Part shown: positions 12,560 to 26,000 of the stretch, in pieces
Layout: every line of letters starts with the position of its first letter
Position numbering within the stretch: position 1 is the stretch's first letter
Assembly: GCA_002633005.1 (NCBI GenBank)
Contig: NMRA01001062.1
Span: forward strand, 1 to 61,359
DNA: 61,359 bases
Direction of reading: 5' to 3'
Source of the DNA: Phoronis australis
Taxonomy: Eukaryota; Animalia; Phoronida
Notes under the pieces: model-generated
The model's input: only the letters and a program-made list of their open reading frames with translations
Told to the model about the DNA's origin: nothing
The model's database searches: none
Position numbers and translations under genes: made by a program

Positions 12560-13387
12560 ATGTCGGAAGGTGTCATAGCGCCGCGGTTCCCGAGCCTACC
12601 TACCACGAGCACGGAACAAACAGCCGATTCAATTTTAATCAACGACAATGAACAAGAAGCGTTGCCTGTAATCAAGAAACAATCATCGGAGACGGGCAAT
12701 GGACGACCACAAGACACTCGACAGACTACGTTGCAAGAAACGACTAATTCTCAAAATGTTGAAGACGTGACACCCGTCTTCAACTGGGTACAGGAGTACA
12801 CAAGAGCGCGGGGCGAGTCTGAAAGGTACTTCCAAGAAGCAAGTTACATGAGGCGGAAGCTCATCTGTTCAGCAGACGACCAGCTTAACCGCTGTTTGCA
12901 GCGCAATCGGGAAATACTCGACGGTGGTCGAAAAGTACAGACCTTCGACAGTGTTCCTGGACAAAAGGGAAGATTTTCGAAAGGCAAAGCAGGATTTCCT
13001 CAGCGAGATATCAGAACTTTTACCCGGCCAGAATGCGTTCCGCAATATTTGATGTATTCGGAAAGCGGTGCATGCTATTCCAGTTTCCTCACAAGAGACG
13101 TCGTCGGAAATAGAATAGTCTACGCCAGTCCACGTCCAACCACGATGTACCTTCTCGATAGCTCTGGAAATGTCGGAGGTCGAGCGGGTTTCAGCGAACA
13201 TGACGTAGTACCCCCGGGTCTCCGCCAACTTGAGAACTCCCATTCGTCCGGCAGTGAGACAGACGAAGTCATGATTACGTCCAGAAATATCCATAAACTA
13301 CCGGTTTCAAGAGTTATGTGCAATCAAGCAAGGGAACCCCCGAAGAATTTAAAAGTCCGATTCAGAAAGTCCAAGAAAACAACCTAA
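12560..13387 (+). CDS. Uncharacterised 275-aa hydrophilic protein (single coding exon)
   Basis: Long ATG-initiated ORF with an upstream acceptor (ttattttcag ~12503) and AATAAA just after the stop. Basic C-terminus (KVRFRKSKKTT). No family recognised. Confidence 0.6.
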   Translation: MSEGVIAPRFPSLPTTSTEQTADSILINDNEQEALPVIKKQSSETGNGRPQDTRQTTLQETTNSQNVEDVTPVFNWVQEYTRARGESERYFQEASYMRRKLICSADDQLNRCLQRNREILDGGRKVQTFDSVPGQKGRFSKGKAGFPQRDIRTFTRPECVPQYLMYSESGACYSSFLTRDVVGNRIVYASPRPTTMYLLDSSGNVGGRAGFSEHDVVPPGLRQLENSHSSGSETDEVMITSRNIHKLPVSRVMCNQAREPPKNLKVRFRKSKKTT

Positions 13388-15109
13388 AACAACGCCTAAG
13401 AAAAATAAAGTTCTTTAAGCAACACAAGGCATGTTTTGCCTCTACCGGAATATTATGGAGTCAAACAATCTCACCCATCTAGCCGTTGGCACTAAATTCA
13501 GTTTTAGCCCATTAACAGATATTAACAACTACTTTCTCATCCAGCTCTAAAATGAAGACTGCAACCCTAGCAAACCCTCGAAAGTTCGGATCAAATTTTG
13601 AAAGCTCCTTGATAAAAAATTCTGCTTAACGGGCAAGCGCAACCAATGCTTTAGGCGAATTACACGACAAATGTATAGGGTCGAAATATCACCCACCCAG
13701 AACCATTGTACACTTAGTGACACATAAAGTGGTGCATTAGTAAGGGACCGAAATAAAGTTGACTGAATTCATCCTTTTAACTTGAACCTGTAGTCCGTTC
13801 TGTTGCCGGGGCCATCGTAAAATTGCAAGATCACGCAAGACGTCGCGAGATTTCGCTACAAATGAAGCACGTGATTAGATTATAGTTCCAGGCTTAGCGA
13901 GATTCTTGCGTCTTCAGAAGTCCGCTCTGCTCACTTCGTTGTCTTCCGGTTTTTTCGAATCTTCCAGAATACGCATCAAAGAGCGCTCGTTATTGATGAG
14001 CTACACATATTGGGAAGTAAAATGTCCATAAAATACAAACACTCTAATTTTAAAAATGTTACAAAATTTCCGTTCGTAATTTGCGAGACGGGACAAACAA
14101 ATATACAACGTTGGGAAAGGTTCAGCTGATAAGAGTACTCGGAGCGCATAAATGTTACGANACAACGCCTAAGAAAAATAAAGTTCTTTAAGCAACACAA
14201 GGCATGTTTTGCCTCTACCGGAATATTATGGAGTCAAACAATCTACCCATCTAGCCGTTGGCACTAAATTCAGTTTTAGCCCATTAACAGATATTAACAA
14301 CTACTTTCTCATCCAGCTCTAAAATGAAGACTGCAACCCCAGCAAACCCTCGAAAGTTCGGATCAAATTTTGAAAGCCCCTTGATAAAAAATTCTGCTTA
14401 ACGGGCAAGCGCAACCAATGCTTTAGGCGAGTTACACGACAAATGTATAGGGTCGAAATACCACCCACCCAGAACCAATGTACACTTAGTGACACATAAA
14501 GTGGTGCATTAGTAAGGGACCGAAATAAAGTTGACTGAATTCACCCTTTTAACTTGAACCTGTAGCTCGTTCTGTTGCCGGGGCCATCGTAAAATTGCAA
14601 GATCACGCAAGACGTCGCGAGATTTCGCTACAAATGAAGCACGTGATTAGACTATAGTTCCTTAGCGAGATTCTTGCGTCTTCAGAAGTCCGCTCTGCTC
14701 ATTTCGTTGTCTTCCGGATTTTTGCGAATCTTCCAGAATACGTATCAAAGAGCGCTCGTTATTGATGAGCTACACATATTGGGATGTAAAATGTCCATAA
14801 AATACAAACAATCTAATTTTAAAAATGTCACAAAATTTCCGTTCGTAATTTTCGAGACGGGACAAACAAATATACAACGTTGGGAAAGGTTCAGCTGATA
14901 AGAGTACTCGGAGCGCATAAATGTTACGAATGTTAACAAAGGTATGACGTGACACACCAAATGCAATAGTTGAACTGAATAGTGTTAGAGTCTCGTAGTA
15001 AAAACTAATCTGCGCCGGCTCAGTCACTTTGTCCTTCATCAAATGCGACACCGTTTCTGCTGGAAACGCTGTCAGTTATAATAGAAGTAATCAATTCTGT
15101 TTGTCTCAG

Positions 15110-16546
15110 ATGTCCAACAAACCGTTCTTCGACTTCAGCCATCTACCTGAAACCGTATGGACGGCCATCCTAAAGCAACTGCCTCTCGAGGACCGCTATC
15201 ACGTCTCGCAAACATGTCACGCGCTGATGGAGTACTTCCGCCACCCATCTGTGTGGCATACAGTTGTCATCAAATTCACTGCGGAGCTTGATAATTTCAC
15301 TGGAGGGCTTCGCAGGCAACCACAAGAAATAATGCTAACAAGTAGATACAGGCACATGATCCACCATTTCGGATGTTACTTTCAGAATTTATCTGTAACG
15401 TTCTTCGGAGTGATAACAGGGTTGACAGAAGAACACAAAAAGGTGATAGAGGCGCTGGCAAAACATTGTCGTCTCGAGAGTTTGACATTAGACATTGGGA
15501 CCGCACCATCAACCTTAAATACTCAAGACTTATCTATGCCAGCCGAAGACCTCCAATCGATTGCAATGACAGTAACGAATGCGTTTCGGTTGAGAGTATT
15601 CAATTTGAAGAGCTGGCCTTCCTTTCAAAAAGTCAACATCTTGCTCAACTTGATGGACAATGATAGAGTAAAGAACTTAGAAAGTATTAACATTTTACAC
15701 AAAAGTGCCAATGAAACAACGTGGACTACAGTCAACGCCCCAATTCCAGAAACCGAGAATATTGTTCAAATAGTTCGACATTTCGAAAATCTTTCCACAC
15801 TGAGTCTTCGCTCAGACCTTTTGACAGAAGATGTGGTTGAGGAGATAGCACGGACGGGTCGAATTAGACGTCTCGATGTGGTTGTGATCTACTCTTCCCG
15901 AACTAAAAGAGGTTTGCACGAAATCACATCACAGACATGGACAAAAGCATCGAAAAGATGTCCAGAGTTAAAAGTGTTCATCAACTTTGCCAATAGGATT
16001 CCTTTTGTAGACAAAAATAACTACATGAAATCCGAAATACCAGTTTCTGCCGTGAGTTTCATGAAGTACTCCGAATGTTGCCCTGAAGACATCCATGGCA
16101 TAGCAGACAAATACCACAAAACATTGGCCAAGTTCATAAACTACTCTGACAGCGGAGATTTCGACGAGCAACTTGTCGCCATGGTATCGCAGTGCTCTAA
16201 TCTCGTTCACCTCGCGTCATGCGGCCCTATAATGCGGCACACCGTGCTTCAGCTTGCGGGAATGAGGGGAGAGAGATGGAAGTGTTTCCAAATGAAAGAA
16301 GACAAAATCAAATTCCAGGCTCTTCGTGTTGGGTACTCACAAGATGCTGTCTTAGCCCAAAGTAGCTCTGGTAAACTAGTCATGGCACAAGTTGATCGTT
16401 CATTTTCTGACAACTTGGCGGACAGAAGGAAGGATATCCAAGAACTAGATTACAGTGTGTGCGAGATACTTCAAAGAAAGTGGTCATTGCTGCCTCCCAA
16501 CTTTTTGGATGAGGTCATAGAACACAGACCTGGTACACAGAATTGA
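15110..16546 (+). CDS. F-box protein with LRR-like C-terminal region (FBXO39/FBXL-like)
   Basis: F-box motif FSHLPETVWTAILKQLPLEDRYHVSQTCH...PSVWHTV followed by LxxLxL repeats. ATG 15110 directly follows the acceptor ttgtctcag, and there is a candidate upstream donor aag|gtatga at ~14942. Confidence 0.85.
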   Translation: MSNKPFFDFSHLPETVWTAILKQLPLEDRYHVSQTCHALMEYFRHPSVWHTVVIKFTAELDNFTGGLRRQPQEIMLTSRYRHMIHHFGCYFQNLSVTFFGVITGLTEEHKKVIEALAKHCRLESLTLDIGTAPSTLNTQDLSMPAEDLQSIAMTVTNAFRLRVFNLKSWPSFQKVNILLNLMDNDRVKNLESINILHKSANETTWTTVNAPIPETENIVQIVRHFENLSTLSLRSDLLTEDVVEEIARTGRIRRLDVVVIYSSRTKRGLHEITSQTWTKASKRCPELKVFINFANRIPFVDKNNYMKSEIPVSAVSFMKYSECCPEDIHGIADKYHKTLAKFINYSDSGDFDEQLVAMVSQCSNLVHLASCGPIMRHTVLQLAGMRGERWKCFQMKEDKIKFQALRVGYSQDAVLAQSSSGKLVMAQVDRSFSDNLADRRKDIQELDYSVCEILQRKWSLLPPNFLDEVIEHRPGTQN

Positions 16547-16796
16547 AAGATCCAAGTCCTGTTAAGAGACAGGAAACAAATTCACAAGATAATTCTTTCC
16601 ATAGAAAATTTTGTGCTATGTTTATTTCATTTCAGATAACTCAACAGTAAAAACAATTACCTACATAACAAGATTGTTGACCACTTGGTGGTTTTTACCA
16701 ACAGTGTCCTACCACAGCCTCCGTTCACGGACATAAAAATACAACAACTACAAGGTGACCATGCCTGGGAAGCATCTACATCACTAAAAATACAAG

Positions 16797-17035
16797 CCCA
16801 AAGTAGAGCTTTGATGCACCCCAAAGTAGAGCCTTGATGCACCCCAAAGTAGAGCCTTGATGCACCCCAAAGTAGAGCCTTGATGCACCCCAAAGTAGGG
16901 CCTTGATGCACCCCAAAGTAGAGCTTTGATGCACCCCAAAGTAGAGCTTTTATGCACCCCAAAGTAGAGCTTTTATGCACCCCAAAGTAAAGCCTTGATG
17001 CACCCCAAAGTAGAGCCTAGATGCACCCCAAAGTG
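16797..17035 (+). repeat. 23-bp minisatellite (GATGCACCCCAAAGTAGAGCCTT), about 10 copies
   Basis: Visible tandem array, partly repeated at 18128-18218 and 18823-18900. Confidence 0.95.
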
Positions 17036-17964
17036 CAGAATTATGGCAAACACGTAAGAGATGCTCATATTCAAAAAAAATTTCCACGCGCTCTTGAGCA
17101 ACACCAGTGAATTTAGGGGATGCAATGCTAGTCATACAAAAATTGGTGAATGCAATCCTAATAGACAATGAGATTTTCACAAAAACTAAAATTGTTGTTA
17201 GGGGGCACTGCTGCAGCTGGATACTAAACTAATTAAATTACCACTAGAAGACACAGCACCAATCTGAGGCGTCCGAAACTTGGTAAGAATAGTTCTGTTA
17301 GGGATAAAAATATCGCTGATATTAAAATTTCATGAAGATACTTCTTCCAACTAGATAGATAATGAGGCAAAAAAAATGATACTAGGGGATAGTCAAAACT
17401 GTCCAAAAATCAACTTCTGCCAAAATTTCGTAGCAATTCTTCAAAATATTTGGTGAAATGCCAAAAACGAAACCAAAGCACTAATAGGCATAAAAAATAC
17501 AACTGCAGAAGCTGGATGATAGGATGAAGAAGACAATATATGCCGCTACATATATGTACATAGGTGCATAATTAGTGAATACTTGTAACGCACATAATTA
17601 ATGAACCCCTTTGCATTAACCTTAACATACATTAACATAACCTAGCAAGTTCAACATAATTTTAGATAAATCAGCATCAAAAACAAAATATTATTGTTCC
17701 ACATCCATTCAACACTGGTCACAACCTTGTCCGTGAGCGGCAGATCTACGACAAAGGTAAGCACTGACCAAGAACAATGTCATTACAGGGCTTGAAATTT
17801 TTCTCTTCAAGAGGATGTCCTCTTGTTTGGTTTCGATTTCCTCTTATATTTGATTACCTGTTTCTCCTTTTTTCTTCTTTTTTATCATATTTTTGACTTT
17901 ATTCATGCAAAAAATTTTATTTCAGCTAAATTCTATAGCACAAAAATATTTCTTTCACACAAGT

Positions 17965-18126
17965 GGAACATTGGTCATTCCAAGCCCTGTCATTAGCATA
18001 ACAAAAGATGGAACAATAGGTCATTCCAAACCCCGTCATTAGCATAACAAAAGAGGGAACAATAGGTCATTCCAAACCCCGTCATTAGCATAACAAAAGA
18101 GGGAACAATAGGTCATTCCAAACCCC
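17965..18126 (+). repeat. 46-bp tandem repeat (also at 19840-19975)
   Basis: Unit GTCATTCCAAACCCCGTCATTAGCATAACAAAAGAGGGAACAATAG, about 3 copies. Confidence 0.85.
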
Positions 18127-20047
18127 NAGCTTTTATGCACCCCAAAGTAGAGCTTTTATGCACCCCAAAGTAGAGCCTTGATGCACCCCAAAGTAGAGCC
18201 TAGATGCACCCCAAAGTGCAGAATTATGGCAAACACGTAAGAGATGCTCATATTCAAAAAACATTTCCACGCGCTCTTGAGCAACACCAGTAAATTTAGG
18301 GGATGCAGTGCTAGTCATACAAAAATTGGTGAATGCAATTCTAATAGACAATGAGATTTTCACAAAGAAAACGAAAAATTGTTGCTAGGGGGCACTGCTG
18401 CAGCTGGATACTAAACTAATTAAATTACCACTAGAAGACACAGCACCAATCTGAGGCGTCTGAAACTTGGTAAGAATAGTTCTGTCAGGGATAAAAATAT
18501 CGCTGATATTAAAATTTCATGAAGATACTTCTTCCAACTAGATAGATAATTAGGCAAATGCAAAAAAAAATGATACTAGGGGATAGTCAAAACTGTCCAA
18601 AAATCAACTTCTGCCAAAATTTCGTAGCAATTCTTCAAAATATTTGGTGAAATGCCAAAAACGAAACCAAAGCACTAATAGGCATAAAAATACAACTGCA
18701 GAAGCTGGATGATAGGATGGAGGAGACAATATATAACGCTACATATATGTACATAGGTGCATAATTAGTGAATACTTGTAACGCACATAATTAATGAACC
18801 CCTTTGCATTAATCTTAACATNCCCAAAGTAGGGCCTTGATGCACCCCAAAGTAGAGCTTTGATGCACCCCAAAGTAGAGCCTTGATGCACCCCAAAGTG
18901 CATTATTATGGCAAACACATAGGAGATGCTCATATTCAAAAAAATTTCCTCGCGCTCTTGAGCAACACTATTGAATTTAGGGGATGCAGTGCTAGTCATA
19001 CAAAAATTGGTGAATGCAATCCTAACAGACAATGAGATTTTCACAAAGAAAACTAAAATTGTTGCTAGGGGGCACTGCTGCAGCTGGATACTAAACTAAT
19101 TAAATTACCACTAGAAGACACAGCACCAATCTGAGGCGTCCGAAACTTGGTAAGAATAGTTCTGTTAGGGATAAAAATATCGCTGATATTAAAATTTCAT
19201 GAAGATACTTCTTCCAACTAGATAGATAATTAGGCAAATGCAAAAAAAAAATGATACTAGAGGATAGTCAAAACTGTCCAAAAATCAACTTCTGCCAAAA
19301 TTTCGTAGCAATTCTTCAAAATATTTGGTGAAATGCCAAAAACGAAACCAAAGCACTAATAGGCATAAAAAATACAACTGCAGGAGCTGGATGATAGGAT
19401 GGAGGAGACAATATATAACGCTACACATATGTACATAGGTGCATAATTAGTGAATACTTGTAACGCACATAATTAATGAACCCCTTTGCATTAATCTTAA
19501 CATACATTAACATAGCCAAGCAAGTTCAACATAATTTTAGATAAATCAGCATCAAAAACAAAATATTATTGTTCCACATCCATTCAACACTGGTCACAAC
19601 CTTGTCCGTGAGCGGCAGATCTACGACAAAGGTAAGCACCGACCAAGAACAATGTCATTACAGGGCTTGAAATTTTTCTCTTCAAGAGGATGTCCTCTTG
19701 TTTGGTTTCGATTTCCTCTTATTTGATTACCTGTTTCTCCTTTTTTCTTCTTTTTTATCGTATTTTTGACTTTATTCATGCAAAAAAATTTATTTCAGCT
19801 AAATTCTATAGCACAAAAATATTTCTTTCACACAAGTGGAACAATTGGTCATTCCAAGCCCTGTCATTAGCATAACAAAAGAGGGAACAATAGGTCATTC
19901 CAAGCCCCGTCATTAGCATAACAAAAGAGGGAACAATAGGTCATTCCAAGCCCCGTCATTAGCATAACAAAAGAGTGGCACTACCTGAGTAATCCCATTC
20001 TAGGCAGTGTTATCCAAATCTCGCTTAATTTGAGATTGAATTCAGCA

Positions 20048-23000
20048 TCACTTTTCATAAACATCCTCCATGATGTAATTTACTTTATCGGACACACGTT
20101 TGCATCCAGTTTTTGAGTAGATCTGGCTTGATGAAGGAAAATACTGCAACTCATCCGCCACCATTCTGACGAGCCTATCTGTGACTGTGTAGTTTTTCGC
20201 TCTCATGTCGTCTTTTACACACATCAATATATGCTCTCTCTCCAGTGGTAGAAAGGGAACGTAGGCGCTTACCAGATCTTTTTTTATTAATGAGCTGTAC
20301 CACAATCCACCTATAAATAAACACCAAAACAGAAAGTTAGCACCGTTTCTGTTTTACCCTAGAACATGACACAAAACAAGATGCATAACTCAGTAAGTGC
20401 ATATGGTAAAATTCTTCAATCAGTGACAAAAAATATCGCTAAATCTTTATTTTCTATTTTCAAAGGCTTATGACAATGCTAACAAGAGCAATGCGGAATG
20501 TTAAAATATACCCACGACTGCACCGCAAGTAGTGTGCTTCTGGGGTTGTATATTTATTTGTATCATAAAATGACCATTAGATGGCTAAGAATACATTGAA
20601 CTCATTAAAAAATGAAAAGGTGTTGTCGCGTTACAAAATTTAGCTAAGAACTCAAAAGCTACAAAAGCAAACATAAAAAAACTAATGGCTGTTTGGAACC
20701 ACACCAGTAGTCAAATCCATCCATATTCTGTGAAGTTAATAGGAATGCAATTGCAAAATTTCAAAAACATTTTGTAAGCAGATCAGCTGAAGATGTGAAA
20801 ACATGTCACTGCGGAGTACACGAGCAGTTGGACCTGTCACTGTTGAGTACCAGAGCAGTTGGACCTGTCACTGTGGAGTACCAGAGCAGTTGGACCTGTC
20901 ACTGTGGAGTACCAGAGCAGTTGGACCTGTCTGGAAATCCATGTCAGTCATGCTCTTGACAGTAGGAACACATCTGCCAATTTTCATAATGATCCTCTGC
21001 ACAGTTTGGTAGTCCTATTAAGAAAAACCCACAGTCCAGTCATTCCTATTGAGAGAGAGTCGCAGCCCAGCCGAGAGAGCCACGACCCAATGTGTCCTAT
21101 TAAGAAAGAGTCACGGCCCAGTCACTCCTACTAAGAGTGTCACGGCCCAGTAAGTCCTATTAAGAGAGAGCCCGGCTCAGTCAGTCCAATTAAGACAGAG
21201 TAACGGCCCAGTAAGTAATATTAAGACAAGAGTCACAGCCCAGTCAGTCCTATTACGAGAAAGCCACCCCCCCAGTCAGTCCAATTAAGACAGTCACAGT
21301 CCAGTGAGTCCTATAAAGAGAGAGCCACGGCCCAGTCAGTCCTATTAAGACAGTCACAGCCAATCAGTCCTTTTAAGAAACAGCCACAGCTCAGTCAGTT
21401 CTATTAAGAGAGACTCACAGCCCAGTCAGTCGTATTAAGAGAGACTCACGGTCCAGTAATTCATAACAAGAGATAGTCACGGCCCAGTCATTCCTATCAA
21501 GGAGAGTCACGGCCCAATCAGTCATTTTAAGCATTTTTTCCCGTAATGGAATAATTCAAGAATTGGGAAGTATAATGTGAAAGTGACTAATTTCATGACA
21601 ATGTTATCAACAGGGTCAAAGGTCATCATTCCTTAACCATGGCGCCGTTCCAAGAAAACTAACTTACCTAAGACAGATCTTAACTTTCAGTCAATTTTAA
21701 GATGACTTAAATTTGTCTCAAAACCATTTCAAAAGAGATTCTAAGTTTGACTTAAGTTTTTTACTTAATTTTTTTTGTCTTAATTTTTACTACCTTACCA
21801 GATGTCGAAGTTTCAAAGTTCGGAATTTGTGAGACAAATCTTATACTTAAGTCAAAAATGAACTTCAGTCAGTTTCTTGGAATGGGCCCCAGATCTACAA
21901 CTGGAATCTAAGGAAACTATGGAAATCGCTCAAGCTTGCGTCCTCTATCGTGATCCCCCAGCTGACCAGCACGCAAAGGAGTTTCCTGGAAGTGATCCCC
22001 CAGCTGACCAGCACGCAAAAGAGTTTCCTGGAAGTGATACAAGAATATTGATTATGGTAAGCAGTGGCAATAACTTGTAAATAAGTACTGTGAGCAAAAG
22101 TTAAGCATAATACTAACCATCCTGATTGTAGACTGATGTCGTTAAGATACTTTCCAGTTCTTTATACGTGATGTTGGTGCGTTTCTTTCCGCTGTCATAA
22201 TATTCCTTAGCCACTTGATTTATGGCTGCAGCCCCGGTGTTACTGGAAAATAAAAGGCTGCAACTTCACTAAAGCTCAATTAATAGAAAAATCTTCCAAA
22301 CATGGGTACAAGGTATTTATTAGACAAAGACGAAATTAAACCTTGGTCCAGAATAGGCTTTCAAACAAAAAATTGAAAGTTGTCGGGAACAGCATTGAAG
22401 TCAAAGTCTATACGGCCAGTTTTGAAACACGCTTTGAATATTTGTAGACAGAAATAAACCTACGAGTGTGGAAATTCTGTTTACAAACACGCTGTATAAT
22501 AAAGTAGTTGCAAATAATAAGGTGATAAAATGACATTTACCACTGCTTTCAAGATTTTTTGGTCCAAAAATCACCGAGAAGTAAACAGTACTTTTTCATC
22601 CAGGTAAGCACTGATGTTAGTGTAATTAGAGCCCACCCATGAATTTTTAACAAATGCGCTTTTCACTTCCTAATGCATATACCCGAACCACTAAATAATG
22701 TATCGTACTTGCAAGAAAGCATCCAAGCTGCTAAATCCTAAACAGCGTTTTTTTCAGAGAGCAGACATCACACCTATGAATACCCTTTGGGGGGAAGTGT
22801 TGCTGTAAAATTATGCCACAAATAATTGCTTTACAAAGCAAAAAAATTATTTTACGCCGCAAATAATTACTTTACGCCGCAAAAAATTAATTTACGCCAC
22901 AAATAATTAATTTACGCCACTAATAAGAATGAATTTACATGCGTAATTTTACAGCGACACTTTCCCCCAACGGTCCACCATAAACACCAATTTAAACTTA

Positions 23001-26000
23001 CCTTAAGAAGATGAAGGTGGCATTCCTATAATCAACACCGATGATTTCCTCATGAAACTCAACATAGGACTGGATTGTGTCAATTAAACCAGGCAGCATC
23101 TTATCCATCTCGTCAAATATGAAGATCGAACGATCACAGAGACTCACATTCCCCCTGATCCAATCTCGCAGTTGGTCCTGCACGTTGATGAAGAAGAGAA
23201 CTAGAGGTCACCATTGTTGTCATTGGAGGTTGGTTCAAACAAACCAGGTGTCATCCGAAATTGAAAAAGTTATAAAAAGGATTTAACTATTTAACCTCAA
23301 AAGCCTATTATTGGCTTAAACCTTTTGAAACTTGAAGCAGAACTCCACTCAAAAATTTTTTAAAAAGTAATCCTTAAGTTTAAAACGATCGATCTTTCGT
23401 GTTAACTGCTTATTCAACATTTACAGGACATCCCCTCCCAGTGCCACCTATAGAAATAACAAAGTAGGTAGATACAAACTCTAAGATTTGATCTTGAACT
23501 CTTCCATACTATATTTTAGAATGGTGTATCATCAAAAAAGATCACCTGCAACTATTAGCAAGCAGACAAATCTGTGAACGATTGAACAACCCTCTCTTTT
23601 GCTGGTCAACATTCTGCTTTAGGACGGACATAATTTTGTACCACAGCATGGACAGGTTTGAGACGTAACCTGGAATCATTTCAGTAAAACGGGCTATGAG
23701 TCAATTGATCCACTTGGCCTCAAGTTTGTAGGTCAACTTCTAGGACCTACAGGTCACTTTAGTTGAATGTCTGAACTTTTTAGATTCGATTTTTGGGGGT
23801 GGCATTTAAATGTGCGCAATTTTGTATGCTACCTCAGTACATTACGCAATTACTGATTGGTGTAAATGGTTAACTGCACTTCAGTTTAATTAACACATAA
23901 ATCCAGAGTTGGAATCTGCATTTTCTCAATATGCTAAACCTCATATCGCTAAAATTGCCGTGCCCGAGTGCTGTCTAATCAAATGCTTACAGGCAACGTC
24001 AGCCCTGGAGTTCTGCGCCTTCTGCTGTCACAGGGATGGTCTGGGGAGGGGATTAATGCACCAGCATATCCCCAATGATCCTGTCCGTGACAGGTATTAC
24101 AGGTATTACAGGCTGCTCATAGTTGTATTTGATTCTGAATCAAATGAATATTATTCAAGACAAAATCAGGAGAAATTGTGTAAGTTTTAGTATGCCCTCT
24201 GGTCCAAGTTAAGCAATCGTGGTGTGTCAATCATTTTTTATGAACCTATGGCACGAGGCGACATCCTAAAATTAACCCTGCATAACATTTGCGGCTGAAT
24301 AACCTGGTTTACAATCGGTGTTTTAGGTGGCAGAGAGGACCTGTGGCTCTCACAATGTTTTGTACTTACTTTATATTCGCGAATTTTACTCTCATGAGGA
24401 AAATGATAAGTGGCAATGAACAGGTGGACGAACTTGCTCTTCATGCCCAACTTGAGAGTATTCTCGACTATTTTGCGGCTCACAAAATTTTTTCCGGTTC
24501 CTGTTGCACCATGAAAGGAAAGCACCAAAGCTTTTGCAGGCCTCTTACTGTAGTGACCAATGAGAGCCCTCCGCACGATAGGAATAACTAAGTGCTGTCC
24601 ATGGACGTGTGATGTCAAGTCAGCAGTAAGGCCTAAAAGAAAAACATAGGTACATCAGTCCCCATTTAGATTTTGTACTCAGACACTTAAAGGGCTTTTG
24701 CTGGCGAGAAAAGTATGTAATTTTACAGAAATTATAGTAATGCAGAATCAAACGTATTAACTTAGCAGTAGCATCCGAAGGCTCTGTTGCTGAGCCATTA
24801 ATCCCATGCTTTAAATAATATAGCGTTTCTGAGGCCTATGCCTTGTAACACCAATACAGCCTTATCATTCATGTACGGCAGAAGTTTTTCGGCAAACAAA
24901 GCCTCAGCCTGGTTTAATCAACGAAGTCTCGTCGCCTTGTACTTTTCAAGTGCAGAGTGACACCTTTAGGTTGATGATGCACATTTTAATCCTTCCAACT
25001 TGATCAATTACTCCCACAATCAAGATTTCTTTCCTGTGCATTCTTTCATTCAACTAAAAAAGCCTAAGGCAAATTTTCAATGTGGTCTTCTTCATTCTAT
25101 CTAACTCGTCACTGAAAAACAGCTGTACATACATGACACCATTTATATAAGAACTCATTGGAGAAATTGAGTTAGTCTATTAAGCAGAACATTTCAGGCA
25201 ACCAAGATCAGAACATAATTTGCAGCTCACTACTTGCTACTAATAACATAGGATATAGTCCTCATGTAGTAATTAATTGCTAAGATCATCAGACCACAGA
25301 ATCGAACCAGCGATCCTGATTAACCCGACAAGCATGCTAGTGATCTGGCTAATAGGAGATTGCCCAAAGGCAAGTGGCTAACATAGGCTCATGTTCTACA
25401 TTGGGCTATTCAAAATTAATAGGAGTCCTAAAACCATGCACACACCCAGGGGGGCTCGGGGGGCTCGAATGAGCCTCCCCATATGGCGAAGTGGGCAAAA
25501 AGGTCCGCCTGTGAGAAACAAAAAGTCTGAGTAAATGAGACTAAAGTCCACTAAACAAGCACAAACGCGCAATTCACAGTGGTGCGCCCGTTTTTTTTTT
25601 AGTCCACTGGCTATATTGTTACCAAAAGGTTAGGAATTCGAGCCCCCCATATTGAAGGCTGGGTGCGCGCATGAATACACTTATTTTCTCGGGAAGAAGG
25701 GGGGGGGGCAGGACCATAAATCTTTTATTAGGTTGTGTTTATTCACACCTCACACAGTCCAACTGGGACTATATGAGGGGCACCCATAATTTACAACCCT
25801 CTGCGAAATTGGAAGCCACTTTGCAGACTACAGTTCTTCCAATTCCAAGCCTAAAATGCATGATTCACCAGAATTATCCCTAAGTGATGAATGCTAATTA
25901 TTTCCACTGAATAAAATGGTATTCAGCGGAAGCATTCGATTCTTTGTGATTTCTGGAGGGACAATTTAGAGGGCATGGGTAGAAACTTGCCAACAGTCAG

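Noticed and set aside
13387-14930. Tandem duplication 13387-14160 / 14162-14930
   Set aside because: The copies abut a single N and differ by scattered SNPs and indels, so they are most likely uncollapsed haplotype overlap.
16797-17035. CRISPR-like regular repeats (also 20804-20931 and 35581-35770)
   Set aside because: The units are contiguous with no unique spacers, there are no cas genes and the context is eukaryotic, so these are minisatellites.
16930-19975. Triplicated region between the F-box and torsin genes
   Set aside because: Junctions are at single Ns (18127, 18822) inside minisatellites, pointing to an assembly or haplotype artefact.
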